Shown: positions 17,252 through 27,855, counted from the first letter of the stretch. The stretch: DNA of 64,000 nucleotides from Candidatus Woesearchaeota archaeon (GCA_018696595.1 JABHQW010000001.1:22428-86427), one strand, 5' to 3'. Made by a program: numbers and translations. The notes: a model not told the origin generated them from the letters alone.

Positions 17252-17252
17252 T

Positions 17253-17558
17253 TTATTTTGTCACCTCGTCGATCCATTCTTCTACACCTTCAGTAGATCG
17301 TTCAATATGAATCACTTCTATTGCAAGCAAGTCGTAAGGATGAATTTCTTTAATTTTGTTTATTGTTTCTTCAACTAAAGAGTCTTTAGTTTTTATCATT
17401 AAAGTAAACTCGTTTGTTTTTTCGATATTACCTTTCCACCAATAACTACTTTTTCCTGGAAGAATATTAACACAAGCTACTAATTTTTCTTTTAGTAAGA
17501 CTTCAGTTATTTCATCAGCTTTTTGTTCGTCATTGATGTAAGTAATTATCTTCTTCAT
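17253..17558 (-). CDS. cutA: Divalent cation tolerance protein CutA
   Basis: EKLVACVNI, SSYWWKG, HPYDL. Confidence 0.9.
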   Translation of the reverse strand: MKKIITYINDEQKADEITEVLLKEKLVACVNILPGKSSYWWKGNIEKTNEFTLMIKTKDSLVEETINKIKEIHPYDLLAIEVIHIERSTEGVEEWIDEVTK

Positions 17559-17749
17559 TCTTTCTGATCTTTTTTATGTTCCTTTCTAAAAAACTCAGTC
17601 CATTTTACTCTTAATGGCTTTCGTTTTAGTACTAACATGTTTTTCTCACACTTGCCGGAACAAAAGTTCAGAATTTTACCAGAAGCATAAACAAATATTT
17701 TTCCAGTACTTTTCTGAATGGAATTTCCACAAAAATTACACTTAGGCAT
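17555..17749 (-). CDS. rpl24e: 50S ribosomal protein L24e
   Basis: CNFCG...FCSGKCEK...KWT. Confidence 0.93.
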   Translation of the reverse strand: MPKCNFCGNSIQKSTGKIFVYASGKILNFCSGKCEKNMLVLKRKPLRVKWTEFFRKEHKKDQKE

Positions 17750-17751
17750 TT

Positions 17752-18045
17752 TTATTTCCTCCCGCCGCGTCTACCGCCGCCGAGACGTTGAGCCTCAATT
17801 TCTGTCTCTAATAACATTAATGTGTCGCCAACTCTTACTGGGCCTTTAACGTTTCTTCGAAGAGATTTTCCTTTGTCTCTGCCGTCTAAAACATTACACA
17901 TTACCTGAGTGATTTCTCCTCTAGAACCTGCCCGGATTACAATTTCCTTAACTTCTGCAGGAATTCCAGGAGTAAAAGTAACTTGACCTTCTACTTTACT
18001 TCCCTCAGCTTTTTTATCGTTCTTACTAACCATTTTCTGGGCCAT
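17752..18045 (-). CDS. rps28e: 30S ribosomal protein S28e (N-terminally extended)
   Basis: [13 protein letters not shown]...[23 protein letters not shown]. Confidence 0.93.
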   Translation of the reverse strand: MAQKMVSKNDKKAEGSKVEGQVTFTPGIPAEVKEIVIRAGSRGEITQVMCNVLDGRDKGKSLRRNVKGPVRVGDTLMLLETEIEAQRLGGGRRGGRK

Positions 18046-18047
18046 AT

Positions 18048-18365
18048 TTATTCACCCTTAAGAGCTTCAATTTGTGCTTTAGCATCTCCTTCTTTAACAA
18101 CAGCTACTGCTGCGGTTGAAACTGCTAATCCTGCTGCTGCACCTAAATCTTCCTTTTTAGTAATTTCTACACAAGGAATGTTTTTATCTTTGCACAACAA
18201 TGGTAAATGCATAACTACTTCTTTAGGAGATACGTCTGCTGCGTAAACTACTAATTTTGCGTTACCTTTTTCGATTGCTTTAGTTGCTTCGTTAGCGCCT
18301 TTTCTAATTTTACCGCTAGTTCTTGCGATTTCTACTATTTCTAATACTTTTGCTTCATCAGCCAT
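18048..18365 (-). CDS. rpl7ae: 50S ribosomal protein L7Ae
   Basis: [23 protein letters not shown]; start moved to ATG 18365 behind a GAGG RBS. Confidence 0.95.
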   Translation of the reverse strand: MADEAKVLEIVEIARTSGKIRKGANEATKAIEKGNAKLVVYAADVSPKEVVMHLPLLCKDKNIPCVEITKKEDLGAAAGLAVSTAAVAVVKEGDAKAQIEALKGE

Positions 18366-18384
18366 TTTATTTGTCCTCTCAGTT

Positions 18385-18509
18385 ATTTCGCGAACTGGGA
18401 GCGAGGTGCGACACATGAAAATTAACAAAGATTAATTTTCAGTGCTAAAATTTGATAGTTTTCAAATTTCATGCATGCGTTCGTTACACTTCACTTAGTC
18501 TCACGAAAA
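18385..18509 (-). promoter_or_regulatory. Long structured 5' leader of rpl7ae containing motif family B
   Basis: TTTCGTGA/TCGCGAAA outer stem, AGTGA..CGCATG/CATGTG..TCGCT inner stem, two terminal perfect hairpins; shares about 30 nt with 47951-47985. Confidence 0.5.
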
Positions 18510-18681
18510 AACTATTTATTTTTTTATAGTAACAAAGAATTATCAATGTTACCTCGTTGTGTTTACCCAACTCATTGGTAATATAAGTTAAATCAGTGAG
18601 TTCTTTATAAATGTTATGGGGGGAATAAAGTAATATCCAATTCCACAAACTTCTTAAACAAAAAAAACAAAGCGATGTACT

Positions 18682-20421
18682 ATGTGTGGAATAATTGGTT
18701 ATATTGGTGATAGAGAAGCTAATGATATTCTTATAGCTGGTTTAGAAAGATTAGAATATAGAGGATACGATTCTGCAGGGGTTGCTACGATTCACAATAA
18801 TTCTCTTTGTATTAATAAAAAGGAAGGAAGAGTTCAGAACCTAAAAGAACTGCCAAAACTTTCTGGGAACGTTGGAATCGCCCACACCAGATGGTCAACA
18901 CACGGTAAACCTTCTGATAGAAATGCACACCCATTCACAGACAACACCAACAGTTTTACTTTAGTACATAACGGAATCATTGAAAATTATTTAGAACTCA
19001 AAGCCGGCTTGCAAGAAGCAGGAGTTAATTTTACATCTGATACAGATTCAGAAGTTATTGTTCACTTAATTGCTAAAGCCTACATAGGAAACCTGAAAGA
19101 AGCTGTTTTGAAAGTAGTAAACTATTTGCAAGGCAGTTTTGCTCTTTGTGTAATTAACAAAGATTCAGACGAAATTATTGGCGCTAGGAACGGATCCCCT
19201 TTACTTGTTGGTTTAGGAGATAATGAAAACTTTCTAGCTTCGGATGCATCTGCGATAATTGAACATACAAAGAAAGTGATTTATGTAAATGATTTTGAGG
19301 TTGTAGGAGTAAAGAAAGATTCTGTTAATATTTACGACTTTAATGGGAATGAGAAACCAAAAGAAATTAAAACAATTAATTGGGATTTAGAACAAGCTCA
19401 GAAATCTGGTTACAAACATTTCATGTTGAAAGAGATTTATGAACAGCCAAAAGTCATTGAAGATTCAATGCAAATTAATTTTAATGAAATGTTGAATACT
19501 GGGGCTAATTTCAATAGAATAATAATAGTTGCCTGTGGAACTGCTTCATATGCAGGATTAGTTGGAAAATATGTGATTGAAAAAGTTGCCAAAGTCCCAG
19601 TAATAAATGAAATTGCTTCTGAGTTCAGATACAAAGAATGTTTAATTAATGAAAACGATTTAGTAATTGCCATCTCTCAATCTGGAGAAACGGCTGATAC
19701 CTTAGCAGCGATTAGATTAGCTAAACAAAAAGGAGCAAAAACTCTTGGACTAATTAATGTTGTAGATTCAACAATTGCTAGAGAAGTTGATGATGTTGTT
19801 TATACTCGTGCTGGGCCAGAAATTGGTGTTGCATCAACAAAAGCTTTTACTTCTCAATTAATTACTTTGTACAAATTAGCTTTTCACTTAATTGGAGAAG
19901 AGTTCCAGTTTGATGTTGAGAAAATTAAACAAGCGTTATTATTAAATGAATCTATTAGAAAGTTAGCAAAGAAGTATTATCAATCAACTAATTTTCTTTA
20001 CATTGGCAGAAATTTAAGTTTTCCTTTAGCTTTAGAGGGCGCCTTGAAATTAAAAGAGATTTCTTACATTCATGCAGAAGCTTATCCTGCAGGTGAGTTA
20101 AAACACGGACCAATTGCTTTAGTTTCAGAAGAAATGCCAACCGTTGCTATTTGCCCCAGGGATTCTGTTTACGAGAAAACTTTTTCTAATATCGAAGAAA
20201 TCAAAGCACGGTCTGGAAAAGTAATTACTATCGCTACTTCTGGAGATGAGAAAATTAAAAAAGTTTCTGATGACGTAATTTACATTCCAGAAGTCCAAGA
20301 GATTCTTTATCCTTTAATTGTTGCTATTCCTTTACAATTGTTTGCTTATCATGTTGCAGATTTGCGTGATTGTGATGTTGATAAACCAAGGAATTTAGCT
20401 AAGAGTGTTACGGTAGAATAA
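18682..20421 (+). CDS. glmS: Glutamine--fructose-6-phosphate aminotransferase
   Basis: MCGIIG, EYRGYDSAG, HTRWSTHG, SQSGETADT, KHGPIAL, PRNLAKSVTVE. Confidence 0.97.
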   Translation: MCGIIGYIGDREANDILIAGLERLEYRGYDSAGVATIHNNSLCINKKEGRVQNLKELPKLSGNVGIAHTRWSTHGKPSDRNAHPFTDNTNSFTLVHNGIIENYLELKAGLQEAGVNFTSDTDSEVIVHLIAKAYIGNLKEAVLKVVNYLQGSFALCVINKDSDEIIGARNGSPLLVGLGDNENFLASDASAIIEHTKKVIYVNDFEVVGVKKDSVNIYDFNGNEKPKEIKTINWDLEQAQKSGYKHFMLKEIYEQPKVIEDSMQINFNEMLNTGANFNRIIIVACGTASYAGLVGKYVIEKVAKVPVINEIASEFRYKECLINENDLVIAISQSGETADTLAAIRLAKQKGAKTLGLINVVDSTIAREVDDVVYTRAGPEIGVASTKAFTSQLITLYKLAFHLIGEEFQFDVEKIKQALLLNESIRKLAKKYYQSTNFLYIGRNLSFPLALEGALKLKEISYIHAEAYPAGELKHGPIALVSEEMPTVAICPRDSVYEKTFSNIEEIKARSGKVITIATSGDEKIKKVSDDVIYIPEVQEILYPLIVAIPLQLFAYHVADLRDCDVDKPRNLAKSVTVE

Positions 20422-20429
20422 AAAAGAAA

Positions 20430-21356
20430 TTAAGAATAATGTTCTAAAAATTTAGTCAAAGCAGCTGCTCCTGAAGGAACCATTGTTGGACCATGTTCTC
20501 TTAAATAATCTGGCAATTCACCAAGTTTTACAATCTCAAGATCAGAATGCTCATACTTTCCCGGGGCTTTATCTTTCCAGGCCCTTAATAACTTAGTCGG
20601 GGGCAAATAAACAGGCACCATCCCAATTGCTTCTGGAATCCTTGAAGGGGTTTGTCGGATTATTCCTAAGAAACTTCCACCACCTACCCTTTCTGAAGGA
20701 ACCCCTCCTTCTGCTTGAATTTCTCTTCTAGTTTGTTTAACAAAGTCAACCCCCCCTTTCTCTTCATCAACATTCATAAATCCACCAAAGACATGCCTAG
20801 TCTCTGGATATATCGCAACTTTGTCTGAACGTTTTCCAACCACGACAAAAGGTTTATCGCCTCTTTCGAATCCGTAAACCACAGCACAAACACCCATCCC
20901 ATTAGCAAAATAAATATTAGGATCAGCAAAATCTTCCAAACCAGCTTGCATGATTCTTTCCCTAAATTCGGGATCAACAACTGCTTGTTGATGAGTTCCA
21001 ACAATATTCGAATAACCAACATGACCTAATGCTAACCGCAAAGTTTTCTTCCCTTCCTCAAAATGGATTTGGTCAACAACATATTTAGCATTAAATCCCC
21101 CGATCTGACCAACCATTCTAGCAACAGCTAAAGGATCAGAACTTTGCATTGCATCTCTAAGATCTCCATCTCTTGCAATAGCTACATTTTGCATATTTCT
21201 AGTCCAAAAATCACAAATTAGACTATATAATTCAGGACGATGATCTTCCACTTTTGGACGAGACCCGCGTTTCTTCGCTATCTTAGTCGTTAAATCATCG
21301 TAAGGAATTGGTTCAGATACAGTCACAATTTCTTCCCAGGTTGGTTTGAATGTCAT
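20430..21356 (-). CDS. Extended Nudix-fold protein (NUDT22-like)
   Basis: ANGMGVCAVV...VVGKRSDKVAIYP..HVFGGF...RREIQAEGG, degenerate Nudix box. Confidence 0.55.
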   Translation of the reverse strand: MTFKPTWEEIVTVSEPIPYDDLTTKIAKKRGSRPKVEDHRPELYSLICDFWTRNMQNVAIARDGDLRDAMQSSDPLAVARMVGQIGGFNAKYVVDQIHFEEGKKTLRLALGHVGYSNIVGTHQQAVVDPEFRERIMQAGLEDFADPNIYFANGMGVCAVVYGFERGDKPFVVVGKRSDKVAIYPETRHVFGGFMNVDEEKGGVDFVKQTRREIQAEGGVPSERVGGGSFLGIIRQTPSRIPEAIGMVPVYLPPTKLLRAWKDKAPGKYEHSDLEIVKLGELPDYLREHGPTMVPSGAAALTKFLEHYS

Positions 21357-21433
21357 AATATATAGTCACACCAATGTTTGCTTTATAAATATTACCAAAC
21401 TTCAGAACATCATAACACATTAGAAAACAATAA

Positions 21434-21940
21434 TTATATCTCTTTAGACATTGCCACCATTCTAAAGTTTTCCCCATTAATATCATGATCTAAATCATTA
21501 ACAACATTGTAACCTCTTGTAATATAAAAGTTTAAACTCAGGGGAATGTTCAATGATTCTAAATAAAAATAACTTGCTCCTGATTGTTTAGATTTATTTT
21601 CAAGGTGATCCATAATTAATGTTCCAATCCCTTTACTTTGCATTTTTGGATTAACGTAAACAGATTTAATTTCCCAATACTTTTCACATTTAGCAACCGC
21701 ACCACAACCCAGGATTTCTTTTCCTTCTTGATAAACAATGAAATATCTATCGGCAAGATTGTGTTTAATCCCTTCTGGGGTAAAAAGAGAAGCAAACAAT
21801 ACCAATTGTTTAGCAGAATAATGTCCTTCTCCTGAAGAAAGTAATGTTTCCTTAATTAATGAAACAATATCTATTAAATCTTTATCATTTGAAGTTATAA
21901 CCCCATCAAGCGTACTAATTTCCCTTAATTCTCCAACCAT
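21434..21940 (-). CDS. GNAT family acetyltransferase
   Basis: SVYVNPKMQSKGIGT; NFYITRGY. Confidence 0.85.
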   Translation of the reverse strand: MVGELREISTLDGVITSNDKDLIDIVSLIKETLLSSGEGHYSAKQLVLFASLFTPEGIKHNLADRYFIVYQEGKEILGCGAVAKCEKYWEIKSVYVNPKMQSKGIGTLIMDHLENKSKQSGASYFYLESLNIPLSLNFYITRGYNVVNDLDHDINGENFRMVAMSKEI

Positions 21941-22060
21941 TTACAAATAAAAAACAAGAGACATATAAAAACTTTGCGCTTATGACTACTGGTCAGAAGT
22001 TAAAAAACCAAGTATTGGAAAACAACAATAAATATAAACAACAACAAACCCAACAATTCT

Positions 22061-23284
22061 ATGAAATATGCTCATTTAGCAGACTTGCATCTTGGAAGTT
22101 GGAGAGATGATAAAATGAGAGAACTTTCCACGAAAGCTTTCTTAACAGCAATAGATGACTGTGTTCAGAAACAAGTAGATTTTATTCTTTTTGCAGGAGA
22201 TTTGTTTAACACATCTCTTCCAAACTTAGACACGTTAAAAATAGTAACTAAGAAACTTAAAGATCTTAAAGACAAAAACATTCCTGTTTATGCAATTGCA
22301 GGCAGTCACGATTTCTCACCAACAGGAAAAACTATGATTGACGTTTTAGAAAATGCGGGATTATTAATTAACGTTTGTAAAGGATCAGTAAATCAAGAGA
22401 ACAAACAGTTACATCTGGGTTTTACAGTAGATCCAAAAACAGGAACAAAGATAACCGGCATGTTGGGCAAGAAAGGTTTACTAGACAAAATTTATTATCA
22501 AAACTTATTTTTAGAAAATTTAGAACAAGAACAGGGCTATAAGATATTTATGTTTCACACAACTTTATCTGAATTGAAACCAAAACATTTAGAGAAGATT
22601 GAGTCTCAACCAGTATCATTTTTACCAAAAAATTTTCATTATTATGCTGGTGGTCATATCCATCATCCTACAAAAGTCCATCAGGAAGGTTATGGAACAT
22701 TAACTTATCCTGGCGCGTTATTTCCAAATAACTTTTCTGAGTTAGAAAAGTATAGTAAAGGAAGTTATTTTTTAGTAACTGTTGAGAATGATGAACAAAA
22801 AGTTGAATTAGTACCATTAGAAATTATAAAACATAATTCTTTAATCTTAAACTGCCATCGTAAGACTCCAGAAGTAATCTCATTTGAAATACTAAATCAT
22901 TTCCACGAATTAGATGTAAAAGAAAGTTTGATTACAATCCGTCTCACTGGAACCTTAGATAAAGGTAAGGTCTCAGATATTAATTTCAAAGAAGTTTTTA
23001 GTCAACTCTATAGTAAAGGGGCATTTTTTATTATGAAGAATACTGCTCAGTTAACTTCGGAAGAATTTGAAGAAATTAAGATTTCACATTCTAATCCCGA
23101 AAATGTTGAAGAAGAAATTATTAAAGAACATTTACAACAGATTAAACTATTTGACAGAGACTCCGAATTACACCTAACTAAATCTTTGATGAGGGTTCTT
23201 AATACTACAAAGAAAGAAGGCGAGACAGTAACTGATTTCCAAGGCCGAGTAAAAGAAGAAGTTAGTAAGTTACTGAATTTGTAG
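22061..23284 (+). CDS. mre11: Mre11/SbcD-like DNA repair nuclease
   Basis: HLADLHLG, AGDLF, AGSHD, MFH, YAGGHIH phosphoesterase motifs plus capping domain. Confidence 0.8.
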   Translation: MKYAHLADLHLGSWRDDKMRELSTKAFLTAIDDCVQKQVDFILFAGDLFNTSLPNLDTLKIVTKKLKDLKDKNIPVYAIAGSHDFSPTGKTMIDVLENAGLLINVCKGSVNQENKQLHLGFTVDPKTGTKITGMLGKKGLLDKIYYQNLFLENLEQEQGYKIFMFHTTLSELKPKHLEKIESQPVSFLPKNFHYYAGGHIHHPTKVHQEGYGTLTYPGALFPNNFSELEKYSKGSYFLVTVENDEQKVELVPLEIIKHNSLILNCHRKTPEVISFEILNHFHELDVKESLITIRLTGTLDKGKVSDINFKEVFSQLYSKGAFFIMKNTAQLTSEEFEEIKISHSNPENVEEEIIKEHLQQIKLFDRDSELHLTKSLMRVLNTTKKEGETVTDFQGRVKEEVSKLLNL

Positions 23285-23325
23285 AAACAAAAGTAATTTA
23301 AACTAAAAAGAATTATCTAACACAT

Positions 23326-24519
23326 ATGAAAACATTCCACTTATTACAAACACCAGTAAGAAATAAAGTAGTATTTCTTAGAACAGATTATAATGTCCCT
23401 CTTAGAAATGGAAAGGTGTGGGACGCCCATAAAATTGAAGCTTCTTCATTAACAATAAAATATCTTTTACGAAACAATTGTAAAATTATTATTGGAACCC
23501 ATTTAGGAAGACCTAAAGGAAGAATTGTAAAAGAACTTAAAACTGATCCGTTAGTAAAAGAATTAAAGAAGTTATTTCCAAAAATAAAAATAACTAAGTT
23601 GAATGATTGTATTGGAAAAGACATTAAAGAAAAGATTCAAAGAGCAAAAACCAAACAAATATTCTTATTAGAAAACTTACGTTTCTACAAAGAAGAACAA
23701 GCTAACGACCCTGCTTTTGCTCATTCCCTTGCAGATCTTGCTGACATTTACGTAAATGATGCATTTGCCGTTTCGCACCGAAAACATGCTTCTTTAGAAG
23801 CGATCACACATTTCTTGCCCGGCATTCCAGGAATACAGTTTGAGAAAGAAATTATTTTTCTGAATAAAGTACTAAAAACAAAAAGAAAGTCGGTCTGGAT
23901 TATTGGCGGAGCGAAATTAGACAAAGTAGATTTTATTAATAAAGCGTTGAAGAAAGCAGATAAAGTTCTTATTGGTGGAGCATTAATCTTTGCATTTCTA
24001 AAAGCTAAGGGTTACAAAGTGGGACATTCTAAAGTGGATAGAACTTCTGTAGAAAATGCAAAAAAGATTTTAAGAAAATTCTCTGCTAGAAAGTTAGTTT
24101 TACCTCTTGACTTTGTTGTCGCGGACAAATTATCACCAAAAGCAAAAACAGAAATTGTCCCTTACAATCAGATCCATCATCAACAAATTGGCTTGGACTT
24201 GGGGCCAAAAACGGTGGAACTTTTCAAGAAACAACTAGCTAAAGCCAAAGTGATTATTTGGAATGGCCCGTTAGGTTATTCTGAATGGGTGAAATTCTCT
24301 CAAGCAACAAAAGAAGTTGGCCGATTCCTAGGTAAGATGAAAGTACTTAAGGTAGTTGGGGGAGGAGAAACTGCGGAAGCGATTTACCGATTTCATTTAG
24401 AACGTAACTTTTCTCACGTTTCTACTGGAGGGGGGGCTACGTTAACATTTATTTCTGGAAAGAATATGCCTGGAATAAAAGCTTTAGAAAGAAACTTTAA
24501 GAAATTTAAGAGATCTTAA
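23326..24519 (+). CDS. pgk: Phosphoglycerate kinase
   Basis: RTDYNVP, THLGRP, LLENLRF, VNDAF, WNGPLG, STGGGA. Confidence 0.92.
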   Translation: MKTFHLLQTPVRNKVVFLRTDYNVPLRNGKVWDAHKIEASSLTIKYLLRNNCKIIIGTHLGRPKGRIVKELKTDPLVKELKKLFPKIKITKLNDCIGKDIKEKIQRAKTKQIFLLENLRFYKEEQANDPAFAHSLADLADIYVNDAFAVSHRKHASLEAITHFLPGIPGIQFEKEIIFLNKVLKTKRKSVWIIGGAKLDKVDFINKALKKADKVLIGGALIFAFLKAKGYKVGHSKVDRTSVENAKKILRKFSARKLVLPLDFVVADKLSPKAKTEIVPYNQIHHQQIGLDLGPKTVELFKKQLAKAKVIIWNGPLGYSEWVKFSQATKEVGRFLGKMKVLKVVGGGETAEAIYRFHLERNFSHVSTGGGATLTFISGKNMPGIKALERNFKKFKRS

Positions 24520-25801
24520 TTTCTATTTCTCGACCAAAAGAAACCAGCATTAAATTCTGGAATAATTCAACTTCCCTTTTCTGGATTGCTCTTAAATCAT
24601 CTAACTCATCCTCAGCATCAGCCACTTCTTCAACAAGTTTTGTTCCTTGTTTGGTAAAATGTTCCAATCGATATTTAGCTTCTTCCACTTTCATCAGATT
24701 ATCTTTATTTCTAAAAGAAGGTTCTTTTAACATTTCCAGTTCTTCTTTTGCTCTAATAGATTGTTCTTGTAAAAGTTTTAGCTTCCCACTAGTACATTCA
24801 TCAATAATTCTTAAAGCAGTATCGTTTTGCATGGGGTCCAGTTTAATTCTTCCTTTAGTAATTTGTTCCCTCATCTCTCTTAACAGATTATTAATTGCTA
24901 AAAATTTATCTTCGTAAAAAGTGTGGACTGGTTCTTCCAAATACTTCTGAATTAACTGATTAGATTGATTAAGACCCACTTGTTGTCTAAAAGCTGGTTT
25001 AAGTTTAGATAATAAAATTGACACCTGGCCATCCAAATCCACTAAAAGTGCAACTAATTCGGTTTCTCTGTTCTTTCTCTTCGATAAATCTTCAGTATTG
25101 TCATTATTCTTAAGAACACGAGATAATTCTTTTTCCTTCTCTCCTTTTGATTCTTCTGCATTCTTAAACCGTTCTCTTTTAGAAGAAAGATCGTCTTTAA
25201 TTCTCTTAATTCTTTCTTGAGTTTCTTCGATCAAGTTAGCCTTATCCAAAAGGTTGTCCATCTTACTATAACCACAATTGATAATCTTGCTGTCAAAACT
25301 TTCTTTAAGTTGTTCAATCCCGATTAGTTCTTTTAATAATGGGTTAATTGCTAAATCTTTCTCCTCTTTGTTAAGAACAAAAGTATAATTGTAAGCGAAA
25401 GAACTTGCTTCAACAAGTTTTTGTAATTTTTCCAAATGGTCAGAAAGTTTATAATTTAATTTCATGACAGATTTAAAGTTAGGACTTTCTTTAAAAGTTA
25501 AGAAATCTAAAAATTTTCTTGAATGATTAAAGATGGTAGAAATGTCTTTAGTATCATAATCTAATCCCAAAGTGATGATTTTCTTTTCCCAATCATCAAT
25601 CTTACATTCTAATAACCAACGCTTGTCTTTTAATTTGTTCACATAATTAATTAACCAATCATCTAACTGATTATTATGAACGAGATCGTCTATCTTAATT
25701 TTAACCCAATCAGACAAATCGTTAATATGAATATATTCTAACTCAGATTCGTCCTCTTCGGCAACGCCGAGTTTCTTTAGAAAGTTTACTAGCCACCCCA
25801 T
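24506..25801 (-). CDS. Hypothetical coiled-coil protein
   Basis: 431 aa with long heptad-rich charged helices; no Walker A. Confidence 0.65.
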   Translation of the reverse strand: MGWLVNFLKKLGVAEEDESELEYIHINDLSDWVKIKIDDLVHNNQLDDWLINYVNKLKDKRWLLECKIDDWEKKIITLGLDYDTKDISTIFNHSRKFLDFLTFKESPNFKSVMKLNYKLSDHLEKLQKLVEASSFAYNYTFVLNKEEKDLAINPLLKELIGIEQLKESFDSKIINCGYSKMDNLLDKANLIEETQERIKRIKDDLSSKRERFKNAEESKGEKEKELSRVLKNNDNTEDLSKRKNRETELVALLVDLDGQVSILLSKLKPAFRQQVGLNQSNQLIQKYLEEPVHTFYEDKFLAINNLLREMREQITKGRIKLDPMQNDTALRIIDECTSGKLKLLQEQSIRAKEELEMLKEPSFRNKDNLMKVEEAKYRLEHFTKQGTKLVEEVADAEDELDDLRAIQKREVELFQNLMLVSFGREIEIKIS

Positions 25802-25868
25802 AAGAGACTTCTGATTAAATTAGTTTATAAGGATTTCTGTAGTAGGAAATAAGGATTAGGGTTATAAG

Positions 25869-27068
25869 CTATTTGCCAGCAACAATTTCAACGATATCAG
25901 AATGTTTCAGCAGATGTTCCTTCCCTACTGTCATCTTTGTTCTTACATCTTTTGCACAGATGAATTTCTTACCAAAATCTGTATGCAATTTGTAAGCAAA
26001 GTCTAAAGCAGTTGTACCTTCCGGCATAAGAAAACAGTCAGGCAAACATCTTCCTTCAGAATCTTCTAATTTAGAAACTCCACCTGGGAAAATTGCAATA
26101 TATTTCAGAACATTAAATACAGCTTGATCTAATGTTTGTTGTACTCCCGTAGTTCCAAATTTTTCTAAAATGTTCTGCCGGATAAATTCTAAAGCGGCTT
26201 TTTGTTTCTCATTCATTCTCTCTTGGTTTAAATTCAAGAAAGTATCATCTCCGGGAACATATTCAATTAACTCTGCTTTTGCTGCTTCTCTTAAAGCAAG
26301 CTCAGATTCTGCTGAACAAGCAACGAAAGTGTGACCAGTAAATTGTGTCTTTAATTTCTCATAATTTTCTTTTGCACCAGGGATATCAATTTTATTACAA
26401 GCAATAATCATCGGTTTAGTTTGTTTACGTAAACTCGTTGCTAAAGACTTCAGATCTTCAGCAGTCCAAGTGTTAGGCTTTTCTTTATCAAAACCTAATT
26501 TCTTAATAGTATCTTCAACCATATTTTCAGTAACACCTAGACCAGATAATTGTTTACCTAAAGCCAAATGAATTTCTGCTTTTTCTTGCATTACAGTCCG
26601 GGCAAACTTTTCCCAACCTTTCTTTAATATGCCAAGATACCACATATCTAATTCCACTTCTAAAAATTTAACATCATTAGCAGGATCGTAACTTCCAGGA
26701 GTGATAGGTTCACCTTTCTCATTAGTTGAACCAGCAACATCGATAACATGAATTAAAACGTCTGCTTGCCTAAGATCATCTAAGAATTGGTTACCCATTC
26801 CGTGCCCTTCATGCGCTCCAGGAACTAACCCAGCAACGTCAATCATTTGAACTCCAACAAATCTAGAATCTTTTAATACAAAACCAGTTCTTGGATTAGA
26901 GACTTTATCAAAATCTAATGCTGGATCTTTAACTTTAACATGTCCAACCCCGGTATTAGGGTCAATCGTTGCGAAAGGATAATTAGCAATTTCTACTTCT
27001 GCCAGCGTAGCTGCTTTAAAGAATGTACTTTTACCAACGTTTGCTTTTCCCACTACTCCTACAATCAT
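25869..27068 (-). CDS. ychF: YchF/Obg-family GTPase/ATPase with TGS domain
   Basis: GKANVGKST, ANYPFATIDPN, DVAGLVPGA, NKID, C-terminal TGS. Confidence 0.9.
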   Translation of the reverse strand: MIVGVVGKANVGKSTFFKAATLAEVEIANYPFATIDPNTGVGHVKVKDPALDFDKVSNPRTGFVLKDSRFVGVQMIDVAGLVPGAHEGHGMGNQFLDDLRQADVLIHVIDVAGSTNEKGEPITPGSYDPANDVKFLEVELDMWYLGILKKGWEKFARTVMQEKAEIHLALGKQLSGLGVTENMVEDTIKKLGFDKEKPNTWTAEDLKSLATSLRKQTKPMIIACNKIDIPGAKENYEKLKTQFTGHTFVACSAESELALREAAKAELIEYVPGDDTFLNLNQERMNEKQKAALEFIRQNILEKFGTTGVQQTLDQAVFNVLKYIAIFPGGVSKLEDSEGRCLPDCFLMPEGTTALDFAYKLHTDFGKKFICAKDVRTKMTVGKEHLLKHSDIVEIVAGK

Positions 27069-27177
27069 ATAAACTCCAGAGAATTAAATCCTTTTTAATA
27101 TTTTCTGTAAAAAAGAAGGTTAATCTAAACAATAATTCTGGAAAAAGTTTATAAATCACCTCCAAAGCCACAATTAT

Positions 27178-27855
27178 ATGGATGTAAGAGAAGAAATAAT
27201 TAATTGTATTTCTGAAAGCGATTTAGTATTGGTAGATGCTTGTATTTTTGGTTGTACAGATCCGAGTGGTTCACATCGAGAGATCTCTGAACATCTTTAT
27301 GATGCAAAGAAAATTTCTCAGTTGGAAAACTTAACAGAAGAAGTTTTTGCATTACACATGGCTTGGCGTTGGGATTTACATTGTATTGTAAGTAAAGATA
27401 ATGTTTATACAATCCCAGGGGTTGTTGAAGAGATTAATGGGTTTTCAAGAATTTTACAAAATTCATATAGCTGGCATACGGAATTGATTAGAAATCCAAA
27501 GAGAAAAGGAAAACCTTCTAAAAATATGGGTGACCCTCGTGAAGAATTTCCAGTATTGGATTATTTAGATTCTTTAATTAAAGATGTTGGAAGAACAATT
27601 AATAGACTGAATATTTATCGGGGCCCAAAGGTAGAATTATTCAGAAATGTTGAAGGTGCATCAGAAACAGATTATAATTTGGTAGAAGCCGCAGTTGGTT
27701 ATTCTTTAAGCCATCCAGAAATGAAAGTTGAAATACTTTCTGAAGATAGACATGTCCATAAGATAATTAATAACTATTTAAAAAATAAAATTGCTAGAAC
27801 AATAAATGAAACACAAACTGATTTAGAAACAATTACTGGAATTTCTCAATCTTAA
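27178..27855 (+). CDS. Hypothetical protein, possible PIN-domain fold
   Basis: VLVDACIF, ETDYNLVEAA, ILSEDRHV match PIN acidic-residue spacing. Confidence 0.45.
   Translation: MDVREEIINCISESDLVLVDACIFGCTDPSGSHREISEHLYDAKKISQLENLTEEVFALHMAWRWDLHCIVSKDNVYTIPGVVEEINGFSRILQNSYSWHTELIRNPKRKGKPSKNMGDPREEFPVLDYLDSLIKDVGRTINRLNIYRGPKVELFRNVEGASETDYNLVEAAVGYSLSHPEMKVEILSEDRHVHKIINNYLKNKIARTINETQTDLETITGISQS

Noticed and set aside
18540-18681. Possible glmS ribozyme upstream of glmS
   Set aside because: No AGCGCC core, and the spacer is occupied by TATA-like promoter elements.
24506-25801. Coiled-coil protein near mre11 as a possible Rad50/SMC
   Set aside because: No Walker A/B, signature or Zn-hook motif.
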